Shown here piece by piece: positions 26,870-39,635 of a DNA stretch of 64,000 nucleotides. The notes beneath the pieces were generated by a model that made no database searches, was not told where the DNA came from, and was given only the letters and a program-made list of their open reading frames with translations. Origin of the DNA: Raillietiella orientalis. Its lineage: Eukaryota. Position numbers and translations under genes: made by a program. The stretch covers positions 558,001 to 622,000 of the forward strand of contig JAYWIR010000060.1 in NCBI GenBank assembly GCA_036172245.1. The letters are read 5' to 3'. Position 1 is the first letter of the stretch. Each line of letters opens with the position of its first letter.

Positions 26870-28021
26870 TCTAGGGCGGACGTGTTTTCTCGATGCTCCT
26901 CGTGCCAGGAAGTCTCCCCCAGTGTTAGCGTCGTGTGGTTCGGTGGTCGATCAGGCAGCGATGCCTGACGCGACCACCAGGGATGGCCAGGGGGCAGCGG
27001 CAACGTCGCCCCCAGAGGCGATGGAGGTGGGGGCATCCGCCCCCACAGAATCGGTCCCCGCTGCAGCGCGGGCGTGGAGCGCCGTTGTGTCGGCGCCATC
27101 GCCTGCAGCTGCGGCGGAATTGTCGGCCTATGTGGAGGAGGGGTACAACCCGTCATTGTTCTACAAGGTAGGCAACCTTTATTCTTTAGAGAGCGCGCGC
27201 GCCTTCTCGAAGGGCATGCGCGCTCTCGATGTAAAAGAGGAGGAGCTCAGCGCTATGACCATCCGCAGCGGGGGTCAGTACGTTGAGGTCATCTGCAAAC
27301 ATGCAGAGCTGGCCAAACGACTGCTTAAAACCCCCGTGGTGATGGCGACGCGCAGGCTCCTCCCTATTACCGCGGACCGCAGCATGGTGGTCCACCTGTT
27401 AGGTGTTACCGCGCGGATGCGCAAGGAACAGGTTCGCGCCGCGTTGGAGGAATACGGAACGGTCCACGCGCAGTGGACGAAAGTTAGTCCTTTCGAGGAC
27501 TACACGGGGCTGCAACACGGTCTCACGGCTGCGCGCGTGACCGTTCGGGAGGGCTGCACTCTTCCCCACAAACTGGTGGTCGAAGGCGAAACCGTCGACC
27601 TCTGGTATGTGCGGAAGCCGAAATACTGTGGCTTCTGCAATACGTCGGGCCACCTTAAAAAGAGGTGTCCCAATGTGCAGTGCCAAGTATGCGGCACAAT
27701 GGGCCACACGAGGGAGGTGTGCCCTAAAGCAGCAGTGCGGGTGGTTTCCAAGAGAAACCTTAAAAAACGCGCCCGGCTTCTGCAGGAAAGGCTGGCGGCG
27801 AAAGCTGCCGCGAAGGCTGTGCCACCCGCGCCCAAGGCCCAGGCCGCACCCGAGACCCCGGCGAACAACGCCGAACAAGTCGAAAGAACTAGCCAGGAGC
27901 CTGGGTGGCAGGTGGCTACGGCCAAAAAATCAAAGAAGGAGAGGAGGATGGAGAAAAAGCTCGCGTACTGCCAGAAAAAACAGCAGGCACGCGAGCAGAT
28001 AAAAGAATGTAGCGTTGTCGT
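26870..28021 (+). mobile_element. E6: 5' part of Tx1-like element; ORF1 from ATG 26961, cut by E7
   Basis: 5' motif GCGGACGTGT (26876); ORF1 with RRM-like region and knuckles CGFCNTSGHLKKRC, CQVCGTMGHTREVC; homology stops at IKECSVVV. Confidence 0.92.
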
Positions 28022-30990
28022 TTATTACCCGGTTGCGCCGGGACGTTTATTATAATATCAACTGGGAACTGTGTTCCCAGGCAAGGGGAACAGAAAATGG
28101 GGAGTAGATTTCCCAGAACGCAGTCCGGGCACACTGAGAGTTCGGAACGGGAGGGGGTGGGACAATAAATAAATAAATTGGTTGGGAGGGCGGCGACAGG
28201 GGTATACAGTCTAACCGTTCCTATTCTCAGAACCGGCGGTGAATGCCGCCGATCTCCATCCTCACTTCTGCTCCAAGATGTGGCTACCCGGCAGCCATTT
28301 GCAGGTTGCAGGCTGCGGTGTCGGGGACCGATGTTGGGACTCCTCGCATCTGCAATACGTGGCGGGCCCTGACAATGGCGCGGACGCCGCAGATGATTGC
28401 GACGACCGCTCCAAGAGAAAGACCGCCACGCGTCTAGAAGCGGCGCATCCAATCCAGTGCGGTGTGTCCAGGGTGCAGGAGCGCTGAAGACGGCCGCTGC
28501 CACAGCTCCTGGAGGGCACCGCACTCAAACAGCAAATGCGGAAGCGATTCCACCGCTCCGCATTTGGCACAGTTCGGGGACGCAACTCCCCCGGAAATCA
28601 GGTGCGCCCGCTGGTTGCAGTACAAACACCAATGCACCAGCAGAAAAGCGTCCTGTTTCCACCGAAGGGGGAAGAGAGTCGCGTCCAAACACGCAGAAGG
28701 GACCACAAGTTCATCGGTGGGCACCTCGAGGAGCTCACTCCACCGGAGAAGCCCCTATGCAAGAATGCGAGGTGTGGCAGCTTCTGCCACTTCGCAAGTC
28801 CGCCAGCCGCCCAGCAGTCGGGTTTCGCCTGCGATTTCGCAAGTGATCTCCCACCTCGCCGGCAGGTCACTGTCATCTCGCACCATCAGTGCACACAGTG
28901 CTTCGGCGAGTGGCGTAGCGGCTAGGCGTGTCCACTGGTCCTGGTCTTCCAGCACCTCCCCCACTGGAAGGTATGGGGAAAGTTTCACGCAACGGAGTTC
29001 CAAACGGGACACATCCTGTTGCGCTGCCCAGGACGATAAGGCTTCCTGCCTCCAGGCGTTGAAGTTCGTCGGCCGGCAGGAGATCCACTCATGCTTTCCC
29101 AGAAGCTTGGCGAGCTGCTTCAAAGGGAAGCCGAATCCTCTCTGGGCGCGCTCCGTGCGCAGATGCAACGAACGTAGTCCGTCGCCACCCGTGTAGCGCC
29201 GCAGCAGCAGCCGCGCTGGAGCACACCAGGGAGTAGTCCAGAGCTGCGCACAAAGTGCCAGCATGCGGAACTGCACTAGCAGTCCGACCCGCTCCAGAAT
29301 CAGGATGCCCAATCTTGCATCCCGCCGAGGAGCCGCCAAGTCCTTCAGGCGGATCCTGGACCTCACCGGTCCCCACAGGGCGTTACGCAACAGGCGTTGC
29401 GCCCGGCGCTTAGCCGAGTAGAAAGGGGGACAAACAAAAAAGAGGGGACGGAGGAGGGGGGCAACGAAAATGTTTCACACGAAGGCCCGTTCCGACAGGA
29501 GAAACCTGCCGCCTTGGAACCGGCCCAGAGCAGTCTCGGCCTTCTGAAGGCAGTCCGACCACGCTTCTGCTAGACAGAAGGCGCCCAAGGGAACGCCGAG
29601 GTACTTCAAGCACCTGCCCGTAGGGATCCCCAGGCGGATCCAGTCGGACTGCCCCTCCCACGTAGAGCCAACCGGTACAACGGTTGATTTCGTCCTGTTG
29701 ACGCTCAGGCCCGCTCCCCGACGAACGAGCTCGAAGAAGTCCTCGAGCCTGGACGCCGGGGTGGACATGGGCAGCAGCAGGAGAAGGTCGTCAGCATAGG
29801 CGGCCACGGCCGGTGTTCCCGGGCAGGAGCTCGGCAGGTTGGCCAGCGTCAGCCTGTACGCCCTCAGCACCAACTCAAAGAAGATGCTGAAGAGCAGGGG
29901 GCTTAAGCTGTCTCCCTGCCTGATACCCCTCCGTATGGGTATGCCGTACACGTGGCGCCCGCTGAAAGGGATACAGCATAATGCGTGACGCCAGCAGGAG
30001 CGCAAGTAGGCGATGAGGTGCGTCGGGAGGTCTAGGCGTCCCAGAAGCTCCAGAAGGAGGTCCTGGTTTACGCTGTCGAACGCTTTGCAGAGATCGACGG
30101 CGACCGCTAAGGCTCCCGGCGTTCCATCGTGCCTTGAACACCGCCGCTTACCTTTGGCAGCGGCGATTTCGGCTGCCTGGCTCTGCTGCGCCACGCGCTG
30201 CTGCAACTCGAACCATGTTCGCGCGAAGAAGAGATTCGCGTCCATGGACCGCCCCGGAACAGCATACGTCTGCTCCGGACTTACCAAGGACTCCACGATT
30301 CTCCCCAGGCGCGCGACCCATAGCCTGGAGAACAACTTGACGTCCGAATTCACCAAGGTGATCGGACGCCAGTTGCTGAGGTGGTGCAAATCACCGCCTT
30401 TCGGCAGGAGCCGCACCTTTGCTGAGCGGAAAGAAGCGGGAACATCTCCCGTCTCACGCATCAGCGAGGAAAGGCTTAGCACCAGGGGGACGAGCTATGC
30501 CGCGAAGCACTGAAAGAACTCCGCGGGCAGGCCATTCTCCCCAGGCGCCTTACGCCTCTTGAGGCCCGCTATGGCGGAAGATACTTATTCCGCCGTGAAG
30601 GGCCAATCCAATCTGGCGCGTTCCTCCTCGTCGATAGCAGGGTTGCCCGTCGGAAGAAGCAGCTCGGAGAGACTGCGTTCCGTGGGCTCCTCCACGTACA
30701 ACGAGGAGTAGTAGCGCTTGACTACGCGGTGTACTTCGACTGCAGTCGAGCATTCCTGGACAGCGTCATCGAGCAGACAAGCCGCTCCAGACTGCCAAAC
30801 CTGGCTCTCGGCCCTGGCCTTGTACTCCGCCAGAGGCCGGACGGCCGGGCATCGGGAGAAGGTACGCGCCGGCAGATAGGATCTGCTATTCGCGACACCC
30901 TCCCCGAAGCCGCGGGGAAGCAGGTGCAAGGGAAACCGGCAGCAGAACTCGCGGACCGATCTTTTCAGATCGTCCCAGTCCTCGAGCGAG
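28022..30990 (-). mobile_element. E7: Tx1-like ORF2 (linker-RT-zinc finger, frameshifted) + 3' UTR
   Basis: LLPKGGDL..NWRPITL, VDLCKAFDSV, GIRQGDSLSPLLF, YADDL, KYLGV; ORF2 end near 28227; family 3' terminus at 28022-28051. Confidence 0.93.
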
Positions 30991-31090
30991 AGGGGACGGG
31001 TTTTTGTTTTGCTCTTGAGCGTTTGTAAATTTATTTTTTTTTTCTTTTTTTTGTTGGTGTGCCAGTGGATTCGGTGGTGGCTAGGCAGCA

Positions 31091-32717
31091 ATGCCTGGGA
31101 CCACCACCAATGTTAAGGAGGAGGCGACGTCTATGTCGCCTCCTGAATCAATGGATGTGGGGGCAACCGCCCCCACAGAAGCGACTCCCTCGCTAGGGAG
31201 AAGCTGGAGTTCCGTGGCTGCGGCGCCAACGCAAGCGGCTGCGGCTGAGTTAAAAGCCTACCTGGAGGAGGGGTACAATCCCCCTCTACTCTACAAGGTA
31301 GGCAACCTTTACTCCTTTGAGAGTGCTCGCGCTTTCTCGAAAGCGATGCACTCCCTCAAAGTACCACAGAAGGAGCTCTTGGCGATGACCATCAGGAGTG
31401 GTGGACAGTACGTTGAGGTGATTTGCAAAGAAGCAAGTCTTGCCCAGCGTCTTCTCCGTACACCTGTTCCTTTAGGGAATCGCCGGCTCCTCCCCATCAC
31501 GGAGGATAGATCTATCGTGATCCACCTTCTCGGAATCACCTTCCGGATGGCCGAAGAGGCTGTCCGAAAGGAACTAATTAAATTTGGGACTGTCCACGCG
31601 TTGTGGATAAGGCCGACTCCGTTTTGGGACTACGATCTCCTGAATTGCGGTGTGGCTTCCGCGCGCATCACGGTCCGCGAGGGTTGCTCTCTACCTAACA
31701 AGCTGGAGGTCAACGGCGAACCCGTTGACATCTGGTATGTCGGTAGGCCGCATTTCTGCGGGCATTACAGTACTTCAGGTCACCTAAAAAAAATGTGCCC
31801 TCACTTGCAGTGCAAGCAATGCAAGCAACCCAAGCACACTCTTCCAGTGTGCCCGCAAAATGAAGTCCGCGTCGCGTCCGCACGGAATGCGAAGAAGCGC
31901 GCGGCGAGAAAAAGAAGAGTTTAGGCAGCCCGAGAGAGAGCCGCCGCTCGTAAAACAACTGTCGTGCCCCAGGTGAAGGTCAGCTCCGAGATCTTGGAAA
32001 ACTCGGACAAGGTCGAGGAGAACGGCCAGGAACCTGGATGGCAGGCAGTAAAATCCAAGAGGCAGAAAAGCCTCAAGGAAGCAAAAAAAACTGTCGCGAA
32101 ACGCAGCGAGAATTTGCCGCGTCGCGAAAATATCAAACGCTGCTCTGTCGTCATCAAGCGCATTCCTGCGGTCGAAAAGAGTGGCAAAATTGCACTCGTC
32201 GCTGCCGACTTTCAGCCCTCCGGCAAATTAATGCCGGAGGCTATCGACCCGGCGGTGGCGTCCGTCGTCGAACGCATGCTCGACGACGTCGCCTTTGAGC
32301 GAGCGGCGGAGGAGCTCGCTACGTCCTTGCAGCGTCCCCTTAAATCCGCGAAAAAGGCCTTAAGGCGTCCGACCTCGATCAAGAAGTCTCAGATTCCGAA
32401 CTCTGACGCAGAGGCGGAAAACACAGCCTGCGGCATAGCGGCCTCCCGCCCGAAGGCCAATCGCACGAAGAAGGCTACCCGCAAAATCATCCCGTCCGTG
32501 GAAAAGGGAGAGATAATTGAGGGAAGCGAGCGTGCCAATAAAGTAGGGAACTGGGGACTGTCCTCGAGAGGTCACCTCACGCTGCGACCCCGGAGGGAGG
32601 GAAAGGGTAGAGTCTGTGCCCCAGGTGCTTCAAGTGCCTGAGATGGCCGCGGTCCCCTTACTCGTCCCTCCCATCTGTCCGTTGACAGGTGCTGCAACGT
32701 CACGTTTCCAGCCTTAA
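31091..32717 (+). pseudogene. E8 ORF1 (gag-like RRM + CCHC knuckles), premature stop and frameshift
   Basis: ORFs 31091..31924 and 31964..32641 are in the same frame, separated by TAG at 31922. The family-type stop TAA at 32715-32717 lies in another frame. Confidence 0.9.
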
Positions 32718-35700
32718 TGCCAGGAATCGTCTCTTGCCGCCGTCTGCGAATTGCTTGTTGGAACGTCAACGGGCTAAGCGACGACGGCAAGAGACGAGAC
32801 GTGGCCTCCACCTTGGCATCGTTCGACCTGGTGCTGCTGCAAGAGATCCACGTTATCTCCGCAGACCAGGCAACGGAGATCGAGCGTATCTCGGGTGGAC
32901 GGCTGCTGTGGCGTTGCTCCACCGTTAAATCTTGCGGTGTCGCGTTCCTGCTTCGTCCAGCTGTCGAGGCTGCGGCAAAGAACGTACGGTTCGATAGTGC
33001 CGGTCGCGTCGGGCAGTTGACCATTAGGTGGTCGGACTCCATCGATCTGATCATTACCAACGTGTACGCCCCAAGCGGCAGCGACGCAATAGGGGCAAAG
33101 GCAAGTTGAGATTGCTTCCTTACCCTGAGGCGCGAATATCTGGACGAAGCGGGAGTGCGCAAAGCGCACCTAATCGCAGGTGACTTTAACCTGCGCCTGC
33201 TGTCAGGAGCGTCCGACACACTTCGGGACCGCATGAACGAGCTGTGCGCAGAGATGCACACGCGCAACTTGTTTGTGGGAGATCCAGAAAGGAACGACAG
33301 CACAGATCACGTGTTTATTGACCAGCACTTATGCTCACGCGTGGGCAGGCGCGGCAAGTTACCGTCGGAACTGTCGGACCATGACCGGATCGTACTCGAG
33401 GTGCGCCCACGCGATAGGGGTCATCCGTCATCTGCGTGGCGCTTACCGAGGGACTGGCTGAAACTTCCGGAAGCCGCGGAGCATCTCCGCGGATTCATAC
33501 GAGGTTTCAGCTTGCAGACGCTTCAGGACTGGGACCGCTTCAAGCGCTCGGTCCGGAATTTTTACGACGAGTTCCCTATGAATCTCCTGCCTGCCGGGTT
33601 TGGTGAAAGCGTGCGTAACGAGAGATGGTATTTACTATCTCGATGTTACGCGCGAACACCAGACGTACGCAGGCTAGCCGAATACCTTGCGGGAACCAAG
33701 AAACAGGCTTGGCAGCCGGGTCGGCCAGCTTACTGGACGACCAGGACACGGAGCACTCGGCCCCCGCCCAGGTGAAAGGCTTATTAAAAAAATTCTACTC
33801 CTCCCTGTACGCGCGCGCTCCACCGGAACGGGATGTCTCGCGACTTCTTCTTCCGGAAAGCGCTCCGGCGATCAGGGAGATATCAGATAGAAAGACCCTC
33901 GACGAGCCTTTCACGATGGGTGAAATCATCACCGCAATCGGGAAGCTCAAAAGGCGGAAGTCACCGGGGAAGACGGCCTGCCCGCGGAGTTTTTTCAGTG
34001 CTTCGCGGCGGAGCTGGCTCCCCTGGTGCAGAAGCTAACGCTGCTGATCCGGGAGACAGGAGACGTTCCCGCCTCCTTCCGATCGGCACGTATGCGTCTC
34101 CTACCGAAAGGAGGAGACTTACGGAACCTCAGCAATTGGCGTCCGATTACTATACTGAACGCGGACGCCAAGCTGCTTGCGAAGCTATGGTCGGAGCGAA
34201 TGGGGCGGGTGGCGGAAAGCTTCATCAGCCCGGAGCAGACCTACGCTGTTCCCGGGCGAAGCATGGACGCCAACCTGCTCTTCGCGAACACCTGGTTCGA
34301 ACTTCAAACAACCAGAATGAATGGAGAAAACAAGGTCGGCAGCCCGATTTGCGGGACGTCCGCTGGTGGTTCGCGGAATAGTCGGGAGAGAGAAGGGGCC
34401 CTCGCGGTCGCTGTCGATTTGCGGAAAGCATTCGACAGTGTCGACCAGGAGCTCCTGCTGGAGCTTCTGGAGCGCTTGGGCTTCCCGGCCTCCTTATTGG
34501 CCTTTCTGCGCTCTTGCTGGCGCGACGCGCTGACCAACATTTCTTTCAGGGGAAGGAACGTGTTCGGTGTGCCGGTGCGCCGCGGGATACGGCAGGGTGA
34601 TAGCTTGAGCCCCTTGCTCTTCAGCACCTACTCCGAGTTGGTGCTGAGGGCATTCAGGGAGACTCTTGGTCGCCTGCCGCGCGTGTGCCCAGGTACACCG
34701 GCCTTGGCGGCGTATGCGGACGATCTTCTGCTGCTGCTCCCCATGTCCACCCCGGCGTCGGCGGTCGAAAACTTTTTCGAGCTGCTGCGTCGCGGGACAG
34801 GACTGGAGGTGAACAGAGCAAAGTCGTCCGTTGTTCCAGTCGGTTCCTCGTGGGCAGGGCAGCTAGACTGGTCTAGCTTGGGGATCCCCACGGTACGGTA
34901 CCTTAAGTACCTCGGTGTGCCGTTGGGGGACTACTCCCCAGCGGAACAATGGTCTTGCTGCCTCCAAAAGGCCGAGAGAGCGATCGGCCCGTTCCTGGAT
35001 GGCAAGTTCTTCTTGCCGAAACGGGATGTGCTGTGGAACACTTTCGTGGCCCCCCTGTTTCGCTCCTTGCTTTTTGTTTGTCCCTCACCCCGTGGTGTGA
35101 GAACACGTACAAAGGACCTCCTCAGAATCGCCATCTGGGGAAGAGGAAGGCCCCGCGCGCGTTGGAAGGACTTGTGCGCCCCTCGTCGCGATGGGGGCCT
35201 TGGCCTCCTCACGCTGGAGCGCCTCGAACTGCAGCTGCAGTTCCGAACAATCGCCCTAGTGGCGGAGTTGTGGAGCGCCAGCTGGTGCGAGCCTGCACGA
35301 TGCCTGGTTCAGCGAGTCGGCGGCTGCGCGGGACTGTCTACCTTCCTAGCGCGCCGCAAACGCCGGTACATGTTCCACTGCGGACTGGCTCTTCGGCGAG
35401 TGGCGAAGCTGACCAGGAAGAACACCTGGATCTCCTGCCGGCCCGCGAACGGCACTTCCTGGTTGCAGGAAAGCCTTCGCACGTGGGCCCAGATCGAGAA
35501 AGCGAGCCCGGAGTTGCGGCAGCGAATGCTGCACTCCTATCATAAGAGCCGCTCGCTGCAGGACATCATCGTGCAGCCCGCCTTGAGTGCGTGGGCTGAG
35601 AGGACCTCCCTTGCCACAGCTCTGTCCCACCTCAAGGAACATCTGGGCAGTAGCCAGCCGGCCCTGTGGGAGGTCCGGTGTACGATCAGGGACACTGAGA

Positions 35701-36290
35701 AAGAACAAGGTGGTTGGACCACGGGTCAGCTTGCTGATGCCGCGATCCCAAGTTCCCCACCGAGAGGACTGTTGCGCTGGGGCGAGCTGCTGTGCATCCC
35801 GCGGGATGAACTCGAGTGGCCCCCAGTGCTGAGGAATACTCGGGCCCTCCCCCTAAAGTGGCAGGAGTCGGCGTTTCTGGTGTTGCACTGGGGTCTCCCC
35901 AGCAACGCCCGACGCTCTTATTGGACGAGGGGGGTTGTGGACCCAAACTGTGTCAGGTGCGGGGAACGAGAAACTCTCCCGCACCTGCTCGTTGACTGTG
36001 TTGCCCTCCGGCCCCTGTGGTTGCGCTTTGCAACAGCCGTTGGTGCACCCTTGCACGCTCCCAGAGACGTTTTAAAGCGCCTCTTCGTGCGCGACGCCAT
36101 TTCGCCTGCCGCAGCCCTTGCAGCCCTCTGCTGCCTACGAGGGATTGTAGCGGCTTGGAGCACCGCCACTGGTGGACCGAACGATAGGGACATCTTGTGC
36201 TACGCCCTGCGCTTCCTGAGGACGGCAGCCAGATGGACCCATCTGGGACACATGCAGTTCGAACTTGCCGGCATCCTGCAAGGGATGTAG
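32717..36290 (+). pseudogene. E8 ORF2 (APE endonuclease + reverse transcriptase + zinc finger), disrupted
   Basis: IACWNVNG, LQEIH, NVYAP, AGDFN, SDH; RT QGDSLSP, YADD; CVRCGERETLPHLLVDC. Stop at 33107 and frameshifts near 33720-33980. Confidence 0.93.
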
Positions 36291-36537
36291 AGGACGTCTC
36301 CAGCGGAACGTGATCCCTTCCCCAACCCCTCCCTGCCTTTGTGAATAGTGTTTTCTTTTTGCTTTTTTTCTATTTGTCCCTTCCCCCTCCGCTGCCGAGT
36401 CGACCTTGGGAGCCTGCGTGCTGCCCACTCGGCGAGTTCAGAAGAACATGTTCTGAACACTGTAGGGGCGATAGCCCTACACTTGCTTGTTTATTTTTTA
36501 TTAAAGAAAGAAACGCCCCAACGCACCCTGGTGTAAA

Positions 36538-39518
36538 AGCAGTGCCGACTGTTGCCACTTCATGGGGAGGGGGCGCAAGTCCATGAGCACCAGGGGCCAC
36601 TCGAAATGTTCCTCTGGAACACCCAGTAGCTCTCCCCAGCGCAAGAGTTTATTTGGGTCGCAGCGTTGGTGAGCTGACCTGTTCTCCAATCCCCGATCAT
36701 CTTTGCCCTGCTGGCGATCTTGAGAGTGACCTCCTATTGTGCCGCGACGTCGCTGCCCAGATGTTCCCGTAGGGTGGGCAGTACCGCAGCAAGGGAGGTT
36801 CTTTGTGCCCACGCACTTCTTCGGGGATTCTCGATGATTTCTCGGAGCGTGCGGCGGGCATGCGGCCCGAACAGAGCTATTCGCTCGTGTTGCGGGCTCT
36901 GCTCCTGAATCATCGCCCACGTGCGGACGGTTTCCTGCAACCAGGCAGGACCGTTCGCGGGGCGTCCGAGGATCCGCGCCGAGTTGTTCTTCACAAGCTT
37001 GGCCGCCCTCCGAAGTTGAAGTCCGCAGTGGCAGATGGGGCTTCGGAGTGCAAAGTAGGACGAGAGTCCCTCATTGCCGGTGGCCCGCTCGACGAGGAGA
37101 CGTGCAGGGAGGCACCAAGGGGTGCACCGATTTTCTGCCATAAAAGCAACAACTCGGAACTGGAGCTGTAGCTCCAGCCGCTCCAACGTCAGGAGGCCCA
37201 GACCACCATCCCGACGAGGAGCGCACAAGTCCGAAAGACGGACTCGGGGCCTCCCTCTGCCCCAAAGGGGGATCCTCAGGAGGTCCTTCGTCCTCTTCTT
37301 TGACTCAGCTGAGGGGGGACAAACAAAAAGCAAGGGGCGAAGGAGGGGAGCCGCAAACGCGTTCCACGCCGCGGCCCGTTCATACAGGAAGAACCTGCCG
37401 TCCTGGAACGGGCCGATCGCCTCCTGAGCCTTCTGAAGGAAGCCGGACCACGCTTCCGCAGGGGAGTAATCCCCCAACGGCACACCAAAGTACTTGAAGT
37501 ACCTCACCGTGGGGATCCCCAAACGGACCCAGTCCTGCTGCCCTGCCCACGCCGCTCCGACTGGCATTACGGACGACTTCGCCCTGTTCACCGTCAGTCC
37601 TGTTCCACGACTCAGCAGGTCGAAGAAGTCCTCGACCGCCGAGGCCGGGGTGGACATAGGCAGCAGCAGCAGAAGCTCGTCCGCGTACGCCGAAACCGCA
37701 GACGTACCGGGAAAATCGCACGGCAGATGCGCCAGAGTCTCCCTGTACGCTCTCAGCACCAATTCGAAATAGGCGCTGAAGAGCAAGGGGCTGAGGCTGT
37801 CTCCCTGCCGTATGCTGCGTCGCACCGGTACGCCGTACACGGTGGATCCACTAAAAAAAACATTACTAAGCGCGTCGCGCCAGCTGGAGCGCAGGTAGGC
37901 CAGCAAAGAGGCCGGGAAGCCCAAGCGTTCCAGAAGCTCCAGCAGGAGATTCTGTTCGACGCAATCGAATGCTTTATGCAAATCGACTGCGACCGCGAGG
38001 GCTCCTCTCCCCTCCCGACCATCCCGTCCCCGACCAACGGACGCAACGGAATTCCGGATGTTTATTATGCTCCTTCCTTGTTGGAGCTCTAACCATGTGG
38101 AAGCGTGCAACAGGTTCGCCTCCATACTTCGCACGGGAACAGCATATGTCTGTTCCGAGCTGATGAAGATTTTGGCGACCCGTCCCAGGCGCTCTGCCCA
38201 AACCTTACTTAGCAACATGGCGTCCGCATTCACTATTGTGATGGGACGCCAGTACTTCATGCTCCTAAGGTCTCCTCCCTTAGGGAGGAGCAGCACCTTT
38301 GCTGAACGAAACGAGGTGGGAACGTCACCTGTTTCGCGGATCAGCTAGGTGAGCTGATGTACCAGGGGAGTAAGCTCTGCCGCGAAAGTTTGATAAAACT
38401 CCGCGGGCAGGCCGTCCTCCCCTGCAGCCTTCCGCCTCTTGAGCTTTCCGATGGCCGAGAGGATCTCGTCCATCGTGAAAGGCTCGTCGAGGCTTCTTTT
38501 CTCCTCCTCCCCGATCGCTGGAGCACCTTCCGGAAGCAGAAGTCGTGAGACGTCTCGCTCCGGAGGCGCCCTGGCGTACAGGGAGGAGTAAAATTTCCTC
38601 ACTATCCCGCGTTTCTGAGCGGGAACCGAGTGCTCCCGGCCCTGGTCGTCAAGCAAGCTGGCCGACCCGGATTGCCAGGCTTGCCTCTCAGCTCCCGCTC
38701 GATACTCTGCTAACCTGCGCATGTCGGGGGTTCTCGCGTAACGTCGGGCCTGAAGATAGCACCTTTCGTTACGCGGCCCCTCCCCAAATCCCGCAGGTAG
38801 GCGATGCAGGGGGAACTGATCGCAGAACTCCTGGACCGACCGCTTGAAGCGGTCCCAGTCCTGAAGTGTCTGCATTCTGAAGCTCCTGATAAACGCGCGG
38901 AGGTGCTCCGCCGCGTCGGAAAACTTCAGCCAGTCCCCTGGCAGACGCCACGCTGACGAGGGGGGGCCCTTGTCGCGCAAACGCACTTCGAACATGATCC
39001 GACCATGGTCCGACAGCTCGGATGGTACCTTGCCGCGCCTGCCCACCCGAGAGCATAGGTGCTGATCAAGGTACACGTGATCGATGCTGCTTTCCATGGC
39101 CGTGTCCCCGGCCAACAAGTTGCGCGTGTTCATTTCTGCGCACAACTCGTTGACGCGGTCGTTCAGTGTATCAGGCGCACCTGAAAGCAGGCGCAGGTTG
39201 AAATCACCTGCGATCAGGTGCGCTTTGCGAACTCCTGCATCGGTCAGCCAATCGCGTCTCAGGGCAAGGTAGAATTCCCTTCTTGCCTTCGCCCTCAACG
39301 CGTTGATTCCGCTAGGAGCGTATAGGTTGGTGACGACCAGGTCGATAGAGTCGGACCAGCTGAGAGTCAGCTGACCGACGCGACCTGCGTCATCGAAACG
39401 AACGTCCTTTATTGCGGTCTCGATGGCTGGCCGAAGCAGGAAGGCGACATTGCTTGATTTCGCGGTGCCGCAACGCCACAACAGCCGCCCACCCGAGATC
39501 CGTTCGATCTCCCGGGCT
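36538..39518 (-). mobile_element. E9 (3' piece): ORF2 of element split by E10; its 3' end is replaced by E8
   Basis: ORFs 38345..39481 and 36734..38296 (APE, RT with YADE); near-identical to E12; continues from 51083-52977 across the duplication ATCTCCCGGGCT. Confidence 0.93.
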
Positions 39519-39635
39519 CGTACAGTGCAGACGTGTTTCCGCGTCTATCCGCGCCAACGATCGGGCAACTTTGTGCCTGCGTTTTTGCTCGAACTTGTGT
39601 GTTCCTGTGCAATCTGCCAAGTAGCATAGTGCAAC

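Larger units (their letters stand above)
30991..36537 (+). mobile_element. E8: full-length (about 5.55 kb) but inactivated Tx1-like element
   Basis: 5' UTR, ORF1 (31091-32717), TAATG overlap, ORF2 (32717-36290), 3' UTR with hairpins. Confidence 0.95.
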
